Below the pieces are notes generated by a model, which did not search any database, was not told where the DNA came from, and saw nothing but the letters and a program-made list of their open reading frames with translations. 64,000 nt of DNA from Schmidtea polychroa (taxonomy: Eukaryota), in assembly GCA_044892525.1 (NCBI GenBank), contig CM097885.1, positions 14,820,001 through 14,884,000 of the forward strand, written 5' to 3'. Numbering within the stretch: the stretch's first letter is position 1; every line of letters begins with the position of its first letter. The position numbers and the translations under genes were made by a program. Below are positions 39,176-54,600 of this stretch, one piece after another.

Positions 39176-40849
39176 TAATTTGATTCTCGATCAAGTTCCA
39201 AAAGTTATTTTTATTAATGAATATTAAGCCCATTGACAAAAGTGATCACGTAGAGCTCACGAGTATATTAAGTTTGTATAGTGGATGATACATTTAACAT
39301 AATTAGTGTTGATCTTTGTCTCACAAAAAAATCTAATTCCAAAAAGTACCACAGAAAGAAACCAGTGTTGTGTGTATCTTTATTAAAATATGTATAACAA
39401 TAAATATATATAACAATATGTTTTGACAAAATTTATTGATAAAAATGTTTTTTTTAAAATACACCCAAAAAATATCACTACAGTCCTAAGTAAGAAATCG
39501 GTTATTAAAACCATTTTTAGGTATTTATAAGTATCAAGATTGTTCTTAAAATGCATCAAAAGTCCGATATAAGTAAATGGAAATAGATGAGATTCTCAAA
39601 ATATTACCGCTGATGACTAAAACCAAGAGGTGAAATCCAAGCTGTATTATATGATTTAGAAACTTTCAAATTTTGGACCTCCTTAAGGTTTAAAATTGAT
39701 TAATTTCGTTAAATTAATTTTAAAATATAAAATTTCTTTCTACATTTAAGAGATTAAATGAGAAATTTTATTTCAATATTCTGTTAAATTAACATTTGTT
39801 TAAATGAATATATGTGAAAATAACAATAATTAAAATATTTAATTTAGTTTAATTCATGGCTCAATTAAAAGGTTACTAATATTTTATAAGATAACCGCTT
39901 TTATGAATTGTAATTTTAGCTTTGATTGGATTGGCATTCTTAGCATCACTAGGTGTAACATTTTTAATTTTAGCCTGTGCTTTAGAGCAATATCGGTTAG
40001 AATTTTTTCGAATAATTTAAATTCAAGCATTTGAATAATTTTTTAACATCTAATAAATTTAGATGTTAAACAAAATATTTAGTTTATTGTAAGTTCTTAA
40101 CAAAAAAAAATAATTATCTTTATAATATTCATTTTAACTTTATTGTAAAATATTTATAATTTGCTGTAATTTACTTATTAAAAATCATAATTTCTTTGGA
40201 GTTTTTATAGATGCTTGCAAATCACCTAAATTACATATTAATATATTTATATTTGACATAAATGACTTAATTCTTATATAATTCTTATCTAAAATGTCTG
40301 ATATATGAACTCTGATTATCAATTCAACTGTTGAAATGATAATAATTTTAGGAAATCGAATTATTATTGAATTGATATTGATAATTTATATTCACATATT
40401 TACAAATTTTTATTTTATTGTATCCGATATAATTGCTAAAGACGAGCATTTGATATTAAAATTGATATTTTACTACTCGTAAAAAACAAAAACTTGAATA
40501 TTATAGAACTATCAAGTCTTATACAGTTTATACGGCCTTTTATCACTGGTATATCTCATATGAATAGAACTAATGTCTAAGAACAATTTTTGAAGGGCTT
40601 AATAAAATTCAGCCAATTAGAATACAGACAATTTGGTTATGTTGAAGATATCTAAACAATGAAATTAAATAATTGTATGACATGAAGGATCTATCGTTCC
40701 AGAATTCCGAGAAACCGGAGTGAGAAAGGGAATATCAAAAAGAGATATAAATGTGTTTTAATAATATATTTTGAAAACGACTTATGGATGGCTAAATCTT
40801 CTACATGACGTGGAAAAATTGATAGAAAGACACAAATTTTTTGAACTTA

Positions 40850-41450
40850 CCCAAACATAGGACCATCACAGAGGGGTATTTATCAAAGGGTTTTTATAAA
40901 TGAAAGTAACTCGGAAATTTGACCAAGCAGATACTGAATTGAACTACAAAAGTAGTATACGAAACGCTTTTAAAAAACATCAAATTTGGCAAGTGATATC
41001 AATGCTGCTTTATCTTTATCGAAGAGTAGGTGATTCGATTATGGAATTTTTAAAAAAAATCGAAAAGTTAACAAAAACTGTAGTTCGAAGAAACCTGACA
41101 GAATATAATCTGAAAGTATTGTTTTAATTCAAAATATCATTGAAGATAATGAAACGATGCAAGATTTGAAATTACAAGGCCTGGAAACCTTTTAAGAAAT
41201 GAAAGATGGAATTATCAAATTCGATGAAATCAAAAAAGAAATAGAAAAAATGCAAATTTTGCTGCTATTGAGCATGTGCAGAAAAATTATGCAAAAGCTG
41301 CAATGTTAAATTAAAGTCAAATATGGAATGAACAGAGACCAAAGCAACGTCAGATGAATGGAAGAAATGAACAGAACTGTTATACTAGACAACAAAGATC
41401 CTAATCGACAACAAATAAAACAATGGATTTCAAAAAATTCTAATCAGCAG
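40850..41450 (+). pseudogene. Decayed Gypsy gag fragment related to element A gag
   Basis: DSIMEFLKKIEKLTK parallels DSAETFIEKIKKMTK of element A. Confidence 0.45.
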
Positions 41451-41810
41451 AATAGAAGCTATTTATTGTTTTGGAAAAATAAATTTATTTCGTATTTTAT
41501 ATTAAATTTATTGGTTTAATTATATTTCCTATTTTATATATTTTATTTTATAATTTAAAAATATTTTAAACGTTTTTTAAAATTTTATATTTTTAATTTT
41601 TAATTTAAATAAATGTCCCTGGGATTTTAATTTTTTTATTTAGTTGAATGTTGATGAATGGTTTAAGTTTTTTGATATAAAGAGTCTCTGCGGCTAATCT
41701 TTGAAAATTATTAAAAAAACATCGATATATTACTGATTTATAGTCTTCAAGCTCTTTTTAATCAATTCAATGGAAAAAAAATCAGTGGTGAAATTGGAAA
41801 AAAAATTCTT

Positions 41811-41857
<47 letters not shown>

Positions 41858-42462
41858 TTTATTGTATGTCAGGCCTGTGAATTTTCTAAACCTCAAAATT
41901 TAATAATTTACCTTGATATCAAACCTAAACATGTATATTTTTCCTCATCCCCCGAAGCTATATAGCCTAAAGAAAATAAAAATGCTTGCAAATACGCATA
42001 ATACTCATACTTATATAACAATAAATTTGTTAATTAAAGCTTTTTAATTCACTTAAGCTCTATTTGTGTAATAATGTAAACTCGTATAAATTGAAAAACG
42101 AAATTTAAATTCTCAAATTATAATTTTCTTTTTCCTTAATCAACCGAAGTCTAAAAGGATTATTTTTTCTTGGTAAAATAAATTAAATGTTAAACAAGCA
42201 AATGGCGAAATACACCATTTTCAAATTGAGTCTTCTATACACAGGAAATCATGTGACATTTTGTGATTGTAAAGAAAATACACCAAAGCGCAATTAAGCC
42301 AAAAATATTGTGTTCATTATTCATTTTGATGGTTTTAAATTCAACCGGATGCATTTTTGTATTCATTCTTAATTCTAACTGTATGCCTCTAATAAGTATG
42401 TGTGTATGTATTGAGCAGTTTATATATATAATTTGCAGATTGAATTTTGAAATCGTCTAAGT

Positions 42463-42728
42463 CAGCGGTGCTCAAAGTGTTGGTTGCGACCCCCAAAGGG
42501 ATGGTGAAAACTGCAAGGGGTCGCGAAAAATTTCAGAAGGGTTGAAAAAATTGGTTTTATCATTTTGAAATATCTAATAAAAAATATTCTTTATATTTTG
42601 TACGATTACATTTGTTAAAAATTTTACTTGAAGAGTTTTTGATTTTTTCAATAAATATTGCTAGGCGGGGTCGAATAATTTTTTATTTAAAGAAGGGGGT
42701 CGCATTCCGAAAAGTTTGCGCATCACTA
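42463..42728. mobile_element. hAT-type MITE
   Basis: Imperfect TIRs CAGCGGTGCTCAAA / TTTGCGCATCACTA, subterminal GCGACCCC/GGGGTCGC, degenerate 8-bp TSD GTCTAAGT/GTGTAAGC. Confidence 0.7.
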
Positions 42729-44029
42729 GTGTAAGCCATACGTAAGAAATATGTATTGAGACAATTTTCGATTATAAGAAAATCTTTTTCAATTGATCAG
42801 AATTTTGCTAGCATGTTGAATTGTTTGTTGGTTTTTCTTTTTATATTATTTTTCTGCCTTTTCATTTGTTTAATATAATTTAAAATCAAAATTAAATAAT
42901 AATTTGAAATTTAAAATTTCTGAAACTTTTCAAAGTGTTCGCTTTGAAAAATAATTCTAAACTTAATATTTTGCATTTTAATTTTGATATCTAAATGCTC
43001 TTAAACTTTTTATCTTTTTATTTGCTGTAATTATTATTTATGTAATAATAATTTATTATTTACACTTTCAAAATTATTTTAGAATATCTCTATAAACCTA
43101 CACTTTTTCCCATTAACAATTTTTAAATTTCTAAGAAAATACCAAAGTCAACTAGCGACTTGTTTTATAATTTTAATATTTGGATATTTATCTCTGATAA
43201 ATCGCTTTTTTATTTGAATGTTAATAGCTAAGATTTTTATTGAAAATATATTCTCCTTTCTTGATTGACCTTGTTGAAGTAGTCTGTGTACCGAATATTC
43301 CCCATCAGGATCCATATGTTACTTAAATCTTTGGTGCATCAGAGTTTTTAATTAAATTTAAACAAATGAAAGTGTAGAAAATGAACCTAAAGAGGAAAAC
43401 CAATATCTTATCGAAAACTTTCTCACTTATTACATATTTTGCAGGAAATGCTTATATCATCATTTACCTATTTAACATTTAATCATTCTATTTATTATTT
43501 ATTTATTTGATAATTTATATATCGATTTATTTGCTAATATTATTATTATTATAATTGATTACTTTAGGAAATAGGAAATAAATTGATTTAAAGTTTAGGA
43601 AATTAGTATTTACAAATTGGTACTTTTGTCGTATTTCCACACAGTTAAATAATTAGTTAAATAAATAAATAATTAAACAAAACAACATCTCTGAATAAAA
43701 ATATATATTGAGTACGACCAGTCCCCATGTGACCTGTAGCCCTAGGGGGTCAAACTACATTGTCGGATAAACTCAGACTATGTAAATTATTTAATTATTT
43801 AACTGTGGGGAAATACGACAAAAGTACCAATTTATTAAATCCAAAGAAATTGTCTAAATAGTTTTCTTTGTAAAAAAATATTTTCTCGAAACAAATCCAT
43901 ATTTTCGGATTTAAATATTTTCTAAAAATTTTAGTTTTAAATTGTTTCAACATTTTTAGTTTAAATATTTTTGTTTTAAAACATTTCAAATTTCTATAAT
44001 TACAAATTATTTTAGCGTCAACTCACAGT

Positions 44030-44327
<298 letters not shown>

Positions 44328-46437
44328 TGAATTTAGAAATTGGTGGCCGTTATTTGTTCTTGTATTTGATTTCTTAAGTCCTGTGCCATGCTTAATAGCT
44401 AAAAAGTATTCAGATTCTTCGTCAGAAAGCTCTGCTTTATGGGACAATTGTATATTCTTAACGACAGGGATTGTAGTATCAGGCTACGGTCTCCCAATCA
44501 TATTAGCTGTAGCCCCATATGCCGCACCAATCGTATTTATTCGTTTCCAAGTTTTTATTTTTAAATCTTCATTTAGATAAAATGGGGCGCTTGTTTTCTA
44601 GTGATGACTAGCAATACTGTGATTTTCTTAACCATTCTTGGGTTTTTCTGTATATTTGGTAGGGAAAGCGAATTCTCATATTCTGGTTGGTGAAACAACA
44701 CTTGAACGAAAATTAATATGATCTGCTATTCTTTATTTCTTTTCTGACTTCGACAATGCATGCCAATGTTCTCATTTGGTTTGAACTAACTCAGATAGAT
44801 ATTCAGTCGGATTGATCAGTTGTACATATATGTTCCTCCTGTCGACTGTAATCCATGTTATCATTAATATATATATATATTTTTGTTGTAATTTTTCAAT
44901 AAAATATGCAGATTTTATAGTCATTTAGTACTGGTTGTGGCCTTGAAGGTTGATCATTGGTTGTTTTTGTTGGTGTTGTTTTTCCTCCAGAATTCCTATT
45001 GTTATGTTATCGATCAATAAATTGTTAATGCACTTCCATGATTTCAGTGTTCAAAACCATGCAATGAAATGGTCTGATGTGCCTTTCATTCGCATGTGAA
45101 TTGCCATTGAATTTATGTCATTTATTGATTACAATTTTTTATTTTATAATAATTGTAATAATTTTTTTAATTAATTTTACGAATAATTTTCATCTTTTAA
45201 TTTTTTAATATGAATATAGTTAATGTTGGATATATTGTGCATAATAAACTATTGATTTGTTTATTTGAATATCGATTTTTGAAGCTTATTTAACTGAATC
45301 TGAAATCTTTTCTTTATTTTACTATTATTTCTGGAATAGTTTTACTGATTAAGAATCAGAAATGTGTTTCACCCTTTTTAGTAGAAATATCAAAAAATTT
45401 CGATTTCCCAGTGTAATTTAGAAGTCATCGGCAAATCAAATCTTTAAATTCTTCTAATATGAAAATCTTTGATATTTTTAATCGACGTTATTGACTGAAA
45501 CATTTTTTATCGTTTCTATTTTAGCATGTCTTTCGGTGTTTTCACTTGCCTAACTTTTTCTATTTCTTTCTGATTGCAAATTTACATTTTGATTTTCATA
45601 TTTTACAGTGTTTTTCTTTATTTAGGAATTGATTATATTAATTTGTGCCTTATTCTACTTGAATTATTGCAAGCCAATTTATTGAATAATGTGTACGCGT
45701 GCACATTTCGTATTGCAGTTTTAGGTGTGAATTGTCAATGATTTTCTAACCAATTCATTTAATTTTCATAAATATAATTCACTTCAACAGTCGAATCTGA
45801 ATCTGTTTCCGTCGAAATTGCAATTGTGCTGTGTAAATATTCTTTGTTCTTAAAGCATTATAATCTTCTTTTATACATAAGCTTGATACCAATGAGAATA
45901 ATTTTCATGTGTGTCCTGGTCATAAATTTGTTCTAATTTTAGTGCAATCAGAATGTACAAAGTGCAGTTTATTGTATGGAGAATGACACATTGCAAACTT
46001 GCAGTTGATAAATTAGATAACATTTCATTTATAAATCCTTCAATATTTGTTGCTAGTATAGTATTTCTAGGGCCGGTATTATGGAATTAAAAACCGAAGA
46101 ATCGTATTTATGTAGTAATATGTGCATGATTATGTGACGTTATTAAGTTTTAAGAAATGAATATTGTCAGATCGTTACGTTGAAACGAAATCACTACTAA
46201 AAATAAAAAAGTGATTTTATGATGGTCAAGATTCATAAATTACTAAAGCTTTTAAAATTTTAGTTTAAACTGTATATAATATTTGATTATTATGGGTCAT
46301 CTATGATTAATCTGAAAGAATGAATATAAGGAAAATTGTAAATAAGGAAGAAATTAAAAATTTTCCAATAAAATTGAATTTCTTAATACAATTTTATTTA
46401 AAAAATATTAAAATTATGGAATATGTTTACGCATTAA

Positions 46438-47893
46438 CACTCAGTGACATGTCAGTCATTTTTGACTGACAGTGATTTTAGCTCCCACCACAACAATTTG
46501 AAATACACCAAACACCACTGAGAACCGTTTCCTATAATATAAAAAAAAATCAATAATCTTACATTATAGAAACATACATACTTACTTTGATTCCACGTTG
46601 ATTTTCTCATTTATAGCTCAGTGAGATACATCTTATACTATAGAAATCTGAAAAGTGGAAGAAAAATTAAAAACTGTACACAAACGCAACACATATTAAA
46701 AAACACATACAAACTTTTGATTCGTAGAAATGTAAAGATGAGATACGTTTCTATAATAACTTTATTTTAGACAATTTTTAGACAAGAAAGATCGTTGAAA
46801 ATTTTTTAAAATTATATTTTTAATGAGCAGATGAATTTGGTTCAATATCTTTTTATTCCAGATTTGATTTCCTTAAAGAATCCCCTCATATTGAGGTCAG
46901 AAAAAAATTATTTTAATCAGCGATTTTTCCCAAAATGTTTTGGTGATTTATTTATTTATTAATTAATTATAATTAAAAATATATCGGACTCACATTTTTT
47001 CGAAATAATTCCAAGATAAATATCATAAAATTCCTAAAAAAACCCTGAAAATTAATTAAAATTAATTTATAATTATACTGTTGATTAAAAGTAATATTTA
47101 AGAACTTGAATAATGATCTCATATCTCATATGGATCAGAAGTCAAGTCTTAAAATTTACTTTAAATAAAAAAAATTACTTGAAAGCCATTTGAAAAATGG
47201 CTAAAATAAATTTCCAAATAAATTTCAATTTCATGATAAATGAATAAATGTGATGATGAGTAAATCGGTGAGAAATTGTTCTACACGCCAACCACCACTA
47301 TAGAGAACGTATCTCAGTGGTGTTTGGTGTATTTGAAATTTTCTTTTAGATCCACAGTCTGTCAAGTTTATGTTGAAAATACATTAATAATTTCAGAATT
47401 TTGTCTGACAGAGACTTTTTTAAAATAAACTTGTCTGACAATCAGGGCCTAGGAAATAGAGTTCGGGGTCCGGGCCAAATTTTTTTTGGGGCCCCTTTTT
47501 AATTAAAAAAAATATATAGTTAGCGACAACACAATATAAAAACATTTTATTATATTAATGATTTACCGGTTTTTGAAGTTGCAAATTTATCAATTATATC
47601 AAATGAATCGCCATTGACTGATGCGTTTAATGATTCAAAAGAATCTTCTTCATTGTTTTGCTTGCTCTCTTCAAAATGAGGTGATTTTTGCTGATTTATC
47701 GATAGCTTCTTTTCGCTTCTTAATGTCTTTTCGTTTTTCTGCTCCACTCTTGTCTTTTTATCTAAATTAAATATTCATTAAATTAAGGGATATATTTCAA
47801 TCGAAAGAAAATTTTCATACCTTTTGTTCACTTCCTAGGGCCTGCTGACAATAACATGTTAAAAAAGGTCTGTTTTTTCTGTGGCACTGAGTT
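46438..47893. mobile_element. piggyBac-like non-autonomous element with subterminal inverted repeats
   Basis: TTAA-CACTCAGTG left, CACTGAGT(T)-TTAT right; ~40-bp internal inverted pair at ~46497-46536 and ~47299-47339. Confidence 0.6.
47443..47844 (-). mobile_element. hAT deletion derivative nested in the previous element
   Basis: TIRs CAGGGCCTAGGAA / TTCCTAGGGCCTG, perfect 8-bp TSD CTGACAAT, C-terminal remnant FDIIDKFATSK. Confidence 0.88.
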
Positions 47894-50555
47894 TTATTAT
47901 TTTGACTTTGATTGGATCCTGTAGCAGAGTCCTAATTAGGGTTGCCAGGCATCCCTTTTTGAATGGGATTGTCTTGAGTTCAAATCCCGAGTCACGTATT
48001 GCCTCTGAAAATCCTTATTTAACAAAATAATTTTTATTTGTAATATTGACTTTCTAAACAAATCTTTAATGAATATGACTGAAAGAAACGAGATAAAGAA
48101 GTTTCTGAAATCAAAATTACTGCTCGACTACCAGAATTACTTACAGAAGAAGATTTCATTAATAAAATTTGTTGCATAACAATTATGATAAATGGATAAT
48201 ATTTTCTAAAGATCGTTCTGCTTGCAATTTGTATAAAATGATGGTCCATTAGTTGTATGTAGTAAGGGCTCCAACGCACTTTCAAGGTCATCCCAATGTT
48301 CAGATCAAATATTGACCAATCGAATCTTTTTTTTTAAATTTAAATTTTATTTAATTACTTCTATTTAATTTAATTATTTATTTAATTATTTAATTTATAA
48401 CATTTTATTATATTTTAATTATATTTTTATTATTATTTTATTTTAATTAATATTTTGTTAATTTTTAATTTATTACATTTATTAATTAATTGTTTCATTA
48501 TATGTTTATTATTATTTTATTTTAATTTAATTATTTTTCTTAATATATTTTAATTATAATTAACATTATTATTATATTTATTTATTAATATTTTTATTAT
48601 TATTACTTTTTTTTATTTTTTTACTTTTAAAATTAACTTTTTATTTAATTATTTAATTAATCTTATTTATTTATTATTATCATTTTTTACATTTTTATTT
48701 AATATATTCTACCAATAACGTAACTTATAAAGTAAATTATATTTCGATTAAAACAAATTTTTAAATAGTAATTATTCGATTTATTATAAAATATAACGTC
48801 GAGTTAATTTTAGAAAATCTGGGTATTAGTTTTTAAGAAAAGACAAAATAAACACGAAAATAATAATTCTTACTTGAAACTAATTATCTAAACTAATCAG
48901 ACAAATGAATAATTAAATGATAAAACATATTTTAATTAACGAAGTCTAAACTAAATTAATTAAATTTCAACAAAGTTGTAAAATATTTATCAAATTGTAA
49001 CTAAAATCTGATCGCAACAAAATAATAAAAAATATTACAAAGTAATAAAATATTTAAGTAAATGACAAAAATTAATAAATGATTTTATCAAATTGCAACA
49101 AAGTTATAAAATATTTAAACAAATTATAACAAGATTATAAAAATATTGAAACAAAGTAATATAATAATGAGATGAATTACAACAAAGTAATAACATTTTT
49201 CATCAAATTGCAACACAATAATAACAATTTTCATTAAATTGCAATAAAGTAATAACATATTTCGGAAATATTTCAACAGTTGTAAAATATTTAAGCAAAT
49301 TGTAACAAGATTATAAAATATTACAACAAAGTAGTAACATATTTCAAAAAATTTCAACAAAGTTGTAAAATATTTATCAAATTGTAACTAAAATAGTAAA
49401 AATATTGCAACAAAGTAATAAAATAATACAACATTTTTAACTCTAGATCAATCCATTTTATATAAAATTAAATTTTATCTATATAATATATGAATAAAAA
49501 TCCAAGAAAATTACGTTAACGTATGAAAAATACAAATTTATCGTAAAAACATGTGTGTATTACACACAAAGCGACAAACTAACATTTTAATTGCGCCATT
49601 TTGTAGAGAATTAAATTCTGCCTATACATGGTTACACTTAAATCCCAATCGGACATGTGAAAAGAGGCGAAAAAGAAAAAAACAGTAGAGTAGGTAACAC
49701 ATTACCCTACTCTACTGTTTTTTTCTCTCATCGAAATTTGCTATTGGTTTCCCCAATAAATTTATTGTCATTAGATTGTATATATTACCACAGTAAGGCT
49801 GGTTCTTAATTTTGATGCAATTGAATTCATAAGGCTAAAACCTCTCTCAGCTTCTGAACTGCTAATAGCAATTGTGCTTGCTATTTTTTAGCCCTTAAAC
49901 TTGAATTAAGTAACTAAACATTTTTCAGTTTTAAGTTTGCGTCTTCAAAGTTACGAAAATCATTATAATATACTTGAAACTTTAAAATTTCACATCATTT
50001 TCTAAAATGGATTCTTTTTTTGGTTTTAGAGGTAATTTAACAAGTGGCTCACCGGCTCAAAGATTTTAACAGCCGGCTCCAGCCAACCCCTGGGTGAGTC
50101 TATTTTTCAAATTCATCATAATGGGGGTCATCGAACTTGCAACTTGAATTTTCAATATTTGATTGTTTTTAAATATCATGGAAGTTACTGATTACTTACC
50201 TAATAGTAGTAACAAGTTATCGCTATATTTTCAATAATAATATTTCTCAAATGAATTGGAAATCTCCGAGATTCTTGTAGATATTCACAAAACGAGTTAA
50301 CAGGTAAATTAACAGGTAAAGAAGAAGAAGAAATAAATAAAATCAAAATACTGTTATTTTCTTTATAATGAAGTTTATTAATTTCTCTTTTACAAAATGT
50401 GAATCATTTTAAATATTTTAATTAAAAAAAACAATAATATTATTATTTCAATTAAATGTGAACCGACATAAATAAAATCATTTGTTTTGCAATTAAAAAA
50501 ATTATTTATTTTTATTTGCATTCCTTTCCAAATTACATTGTCAATTAATTTTGAT

Positions 50556-50996
50556 TAGGGCATGGTTCGATTAATCGGTTAATCGATAAATTTATATATG
50601 GTTTGATTAATCGAACAATTTCTAGCTAAGTTAATACGATTTAACAAGCTCTGAAAAACAAACTTAAATTGAAAATCGAAGCTTAGGAACGATTTTCTTT
50701 GTCTTTAGATGAGTGGACTTCAAAACGCAATCATCGATATATCTGTCTAAATATTCACACCAAAGATAGATGTTTTTGGGCTTGGCACGATAAGAATAAA
50801 AGAAACCATGCCAGCAGCCAAAGCAGTTGAAATTGTAGAAAAAAAATTAAGCGAATATGACATTATTTTGAAAAAGCATATAGTGGCAGTTGTGACAGAT
50901 GGCGCCTCTGTAATGAAAAAGATGGGTCGTTTGATGTGTATTTACCATCAAGTTTGCCACAGCCACGGAATACATTTGCCAGTTGTAGACGTCCTT
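50556..50996 (+). mobile_element. hAT transposase fossil interrupted by the Maverick
   Basis: SLDEWTSKRNHRYICLNIH and IVAVVTDGASVMKK...CHSHGIHLPVVDVL, broken exactly at 50996. Confidence 0.8.
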
Positions 50997-51303
50997 AGTG
51001 TGTATCTATCCCTAACGACCACAAGCCTCCCAACTGTTTTCATGTTTTATACCTATTTTTTTCCCGTTTTATACCTATTTTTCCCTCATAAACGTAAAAA
51101 AAACACTTAAAACCTTAAAAACCTATATCTTTTAATTTCTTTATTCCGAAGACATTTTGCTTTCAAAATAAAAACTTAAAAAACAACAAAAATATTAAAA
51201 AAACAACACAAAATGTTAATAAAACAGGGAAAAAAAATACTGATAAAACTATGAAAAACGTTTGTCGGCTTGCGGTCGTTAGGGATAGATACACACTACT
51301 TGC

Positions 51304-51450
51304 AGGTCGCCAGTTTATCAAGTCGCCAGTTTATCAAGTCGCCAGTTTATCAAGTCGATAGTTTGTCAAGTCGATGATGCAATCGCTGCGGTCTTGGCAA
51401 GTCGACAGCTTGGTAAGTCGACAGCTTGGCAGGTCGATAGCTTGGCAAGC
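51304..51450. repeat. Maverick subterminal 16-bp tandem repeats
   Basis: AAGTCGCCAGTTTATC variants (about 4 copies) then AAGTCGACAGCTTGGC variants (about 3 copies). Confidence 0.85.
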
Positions 51451-51610
51451 TGCTAGAATATAAATATAAAAAAAATAAAAAAAAAATAAAAATAAAAATA
51501 AAAAAATAAAAAAAATAAAAATAAAAAAAAATAAAAATAAAAATAAAAATAAATATATAAAAATTTAAAATTTAAAAACAACGTATCCAGTAAAAAAATT
51601 TTTTCTAAAA

Positions 51611-54600
51611 ATGAATTGTAATATTTGCAATAAAGTTTTTAAAAATAAAACAGGATTAATTTCTCACTATAAATCGAAAGCTCACTTACTAAAAGAAAAT
51701 AATCTTAATGACACAAATTCAAAAGTTTGTACTAAATGTAAAGGAAGATTTCTACATTCTGGATATAATAAACATTTTGAAAATTGTATCGGGAAAAATA
51801 GAGAAATATTTACATGTCCTCATTGTAACTTTTCAACAAAACTAAATTTCTATTATTTAAGACATTTAAAAGAATGTAAAAATAAAAAACAAAATTCTGA
51901 CGTTGAAGAATGTCATTCAGAAGGAGAACCTGATCATGTTGAAAGAGAAAAATACAACTGGGATGATTTTAATCATATAGATGAATTTCAATTAAAAATT
52001 AATGGACCTGCAACCCCTGGAGAATATATAAGGAGAAATAAAAAAAATATTAAAAATTCTTTCACTGAAGCTTTAAAAAATTATAAACCAACAAGGTATA
52101 ATGTTATAAAATATAAAATTACAATCAAAGCAAAATATTGGAGAGGACCAGAAGAAAAGACAACTCCTTTAGATGTTGAAATTGGAATACCTTTTAAATA
52201 TTTATTTTCAACTAGAGGATTTAATAAAAGCATCAAAGAAATAATTCAAGCAGTAGAAGCAAAACAAGAAGAGGTTGAAAATGAATTAGGAGATTCAAAC
52301 TTAGTATTCAACTCTTTCCAAACTTTAGTGATTGATTATTGGAGAGGATTACCACCTAATCCTAAATCTTATATTCAAACACCCTTTAGATCTAGAGTTG
52401 TTATAAATGTACAGAATAAGGATAACAAATGTTTCATGTGGTCAATACTTGCATATTTACATCCTCAAGCTGAAAACCCTCAAAGAGTTTCAAAATACAA
52501 ACAATATGAAAATGAATTTATATTTCCCAAGGGATTCACACACCCAATGAAACTAGAAGACATTCCAGAATTTGAAAAACTAAATAATCTTAAACTTAAT
52601 ATTTATGAACATGTTAAAGGATGGGGACATGGAAGGAAAGATATTATTCCAATTTATATTTCTGATAGTGATAGCACGAGGGAGATATATCTTTTAATCT
52701 TGGAAGAAGGAAATAATCAACATTATGTTTTAATAAAAGACTTTCAAGCTTTTACATCACCAGAGAATCCAACTAGTGGAGGAGGAACATGTAAAAGATG
52801 TCTTCATTATTCAACAACTAAAAACTCTATGATTAAACATGCAAGATTTTGTGAAAAAGATGATCCAGCTTTAATTAGAATGCCTACAGATCCCAGGATG
52901 TATTTTAAAAACTTTTCAAATTTATTACAAACATTAGGAGTTGTCTATGGAGACTTTGAATCTATAAATCGTAAACAAGATATAATTATGCAATATTTAA
53001 AAATAATAGAAAAATATAAACTCATGGATGAATGGAAAGCCTCTAAACAGAAGATGAAACCAGAGAGGATGAAAGCCTTTCTAAGAAAAAGAAATAAACC
53101 TAATAGTGTTAAAAAAACTAAACAATTACCATCTGCTTATAAATTATTATTTAAAAGTAATTATCCTGAACTCATAGAATCTAGAGAATATGCATTTCAA
53201 GGAACTTCAGAAGATGTTTTAAATCATTTTACTAAAAGTATAAATGATCTAGAACATGAAATATTTAAAATATTAAAAACAAAGTATCCTCAAAAAATTT
53301 CTAATCAACAACAACAAGAATATGAAAATACTTCCAACTGTTGGATGTGTAAACAAGAAATTCTTCCTGATGATAAAGTTATAGATCACGATCATTTAAA
53401 AAAGGAAAATAATTATCGAGGAGCAGCCCATAGAAATTGTAATCTTAATTGTCATACTCCTAAATTTGTACCAGTTATATTTCATAATCTTTTTGGTTAT
53501 GACATACATCTATTTATTAAACATTTAGCAGAAAATGCTAAAAACTCTTTCAAAGTTATAGGACTTACAAAGGAAAAATATAAATCAGTTGAATATGGAA
53601 AATTAAAATTTATAGACTCGTTAAACTTTCTCCAAATGTCTCTAGATGGAATAGCTAAAACAATGAAAGCAGAAAATTTTAAAATCACTCGAGAATTCTT
53701 GGAAAAAAATAATATCCCCCCAGAAGAATATCCTACATGCTTAGCAAAAGGAATATATCCCTATGACTATGTTGATTCATTTGAAAAATATAATGAAACA
53801 AAATTACCAGAGAAAGAAGATTTCTATTCCCAACTTCAAAAATCTCATATTACAAATCAAGAATATTCTCGAGCAAATAAAATGTGGGATCTTTTCAACT
53901 GTAAAACTTTAGGAGAATATACAAGTATGTACTTATCCCTAGATGTTTATATTCTAGCAGATTGCTTTGAAGAATTTACAAAGTCTTTTGTTCTTAAACC
54001 TTATAATTATATAACAGCTCCTTCTTTAGCTTGGGATACTATGTTATATACCATTTGGACTTCAGATCTTCCAGAATCTGATAAAATTATAGATCTTTTA
54101 ACCGACCAAGATATGTTTAATCAAATTAAAACAAACATTAGAGGAGGAGTATCTTCAGTAATGGGGAATAGAGAAATAAAAGCTAGAAATGCAATAACTA
54201 CTAGCCGAAGAATCTCTAAACACCCTGATCCATATATAAAACTTAACAATGAGGAACTAAAAGAAGTATTAGAAGGAATGAAAAATCCTCTATTTATACT
54301 TTATATAGATGCAACAGCTTTATATTCAGGAATTATGACTCAATATTTACCAATGAGTGACTTTCATGAAATATATCCTCCAGAATGCCCCTCAGAAGAA
54401 TCCTTAAAAGACCTTATGAAAGAAATACGTTCAACTCCTAAAGATTCTCCAATAGGATACTTTGTAGAATGTGACCTCGACTACCCAGATGATATAAAAT
54501 CAGGAACAAGACATTTCCCTTTAGCTCCTATAAGAAGAAAGATTGATATCAACGAACTTTCTGAATGGCAAATCTCACAAGATAAACCTCCAACAATGAA

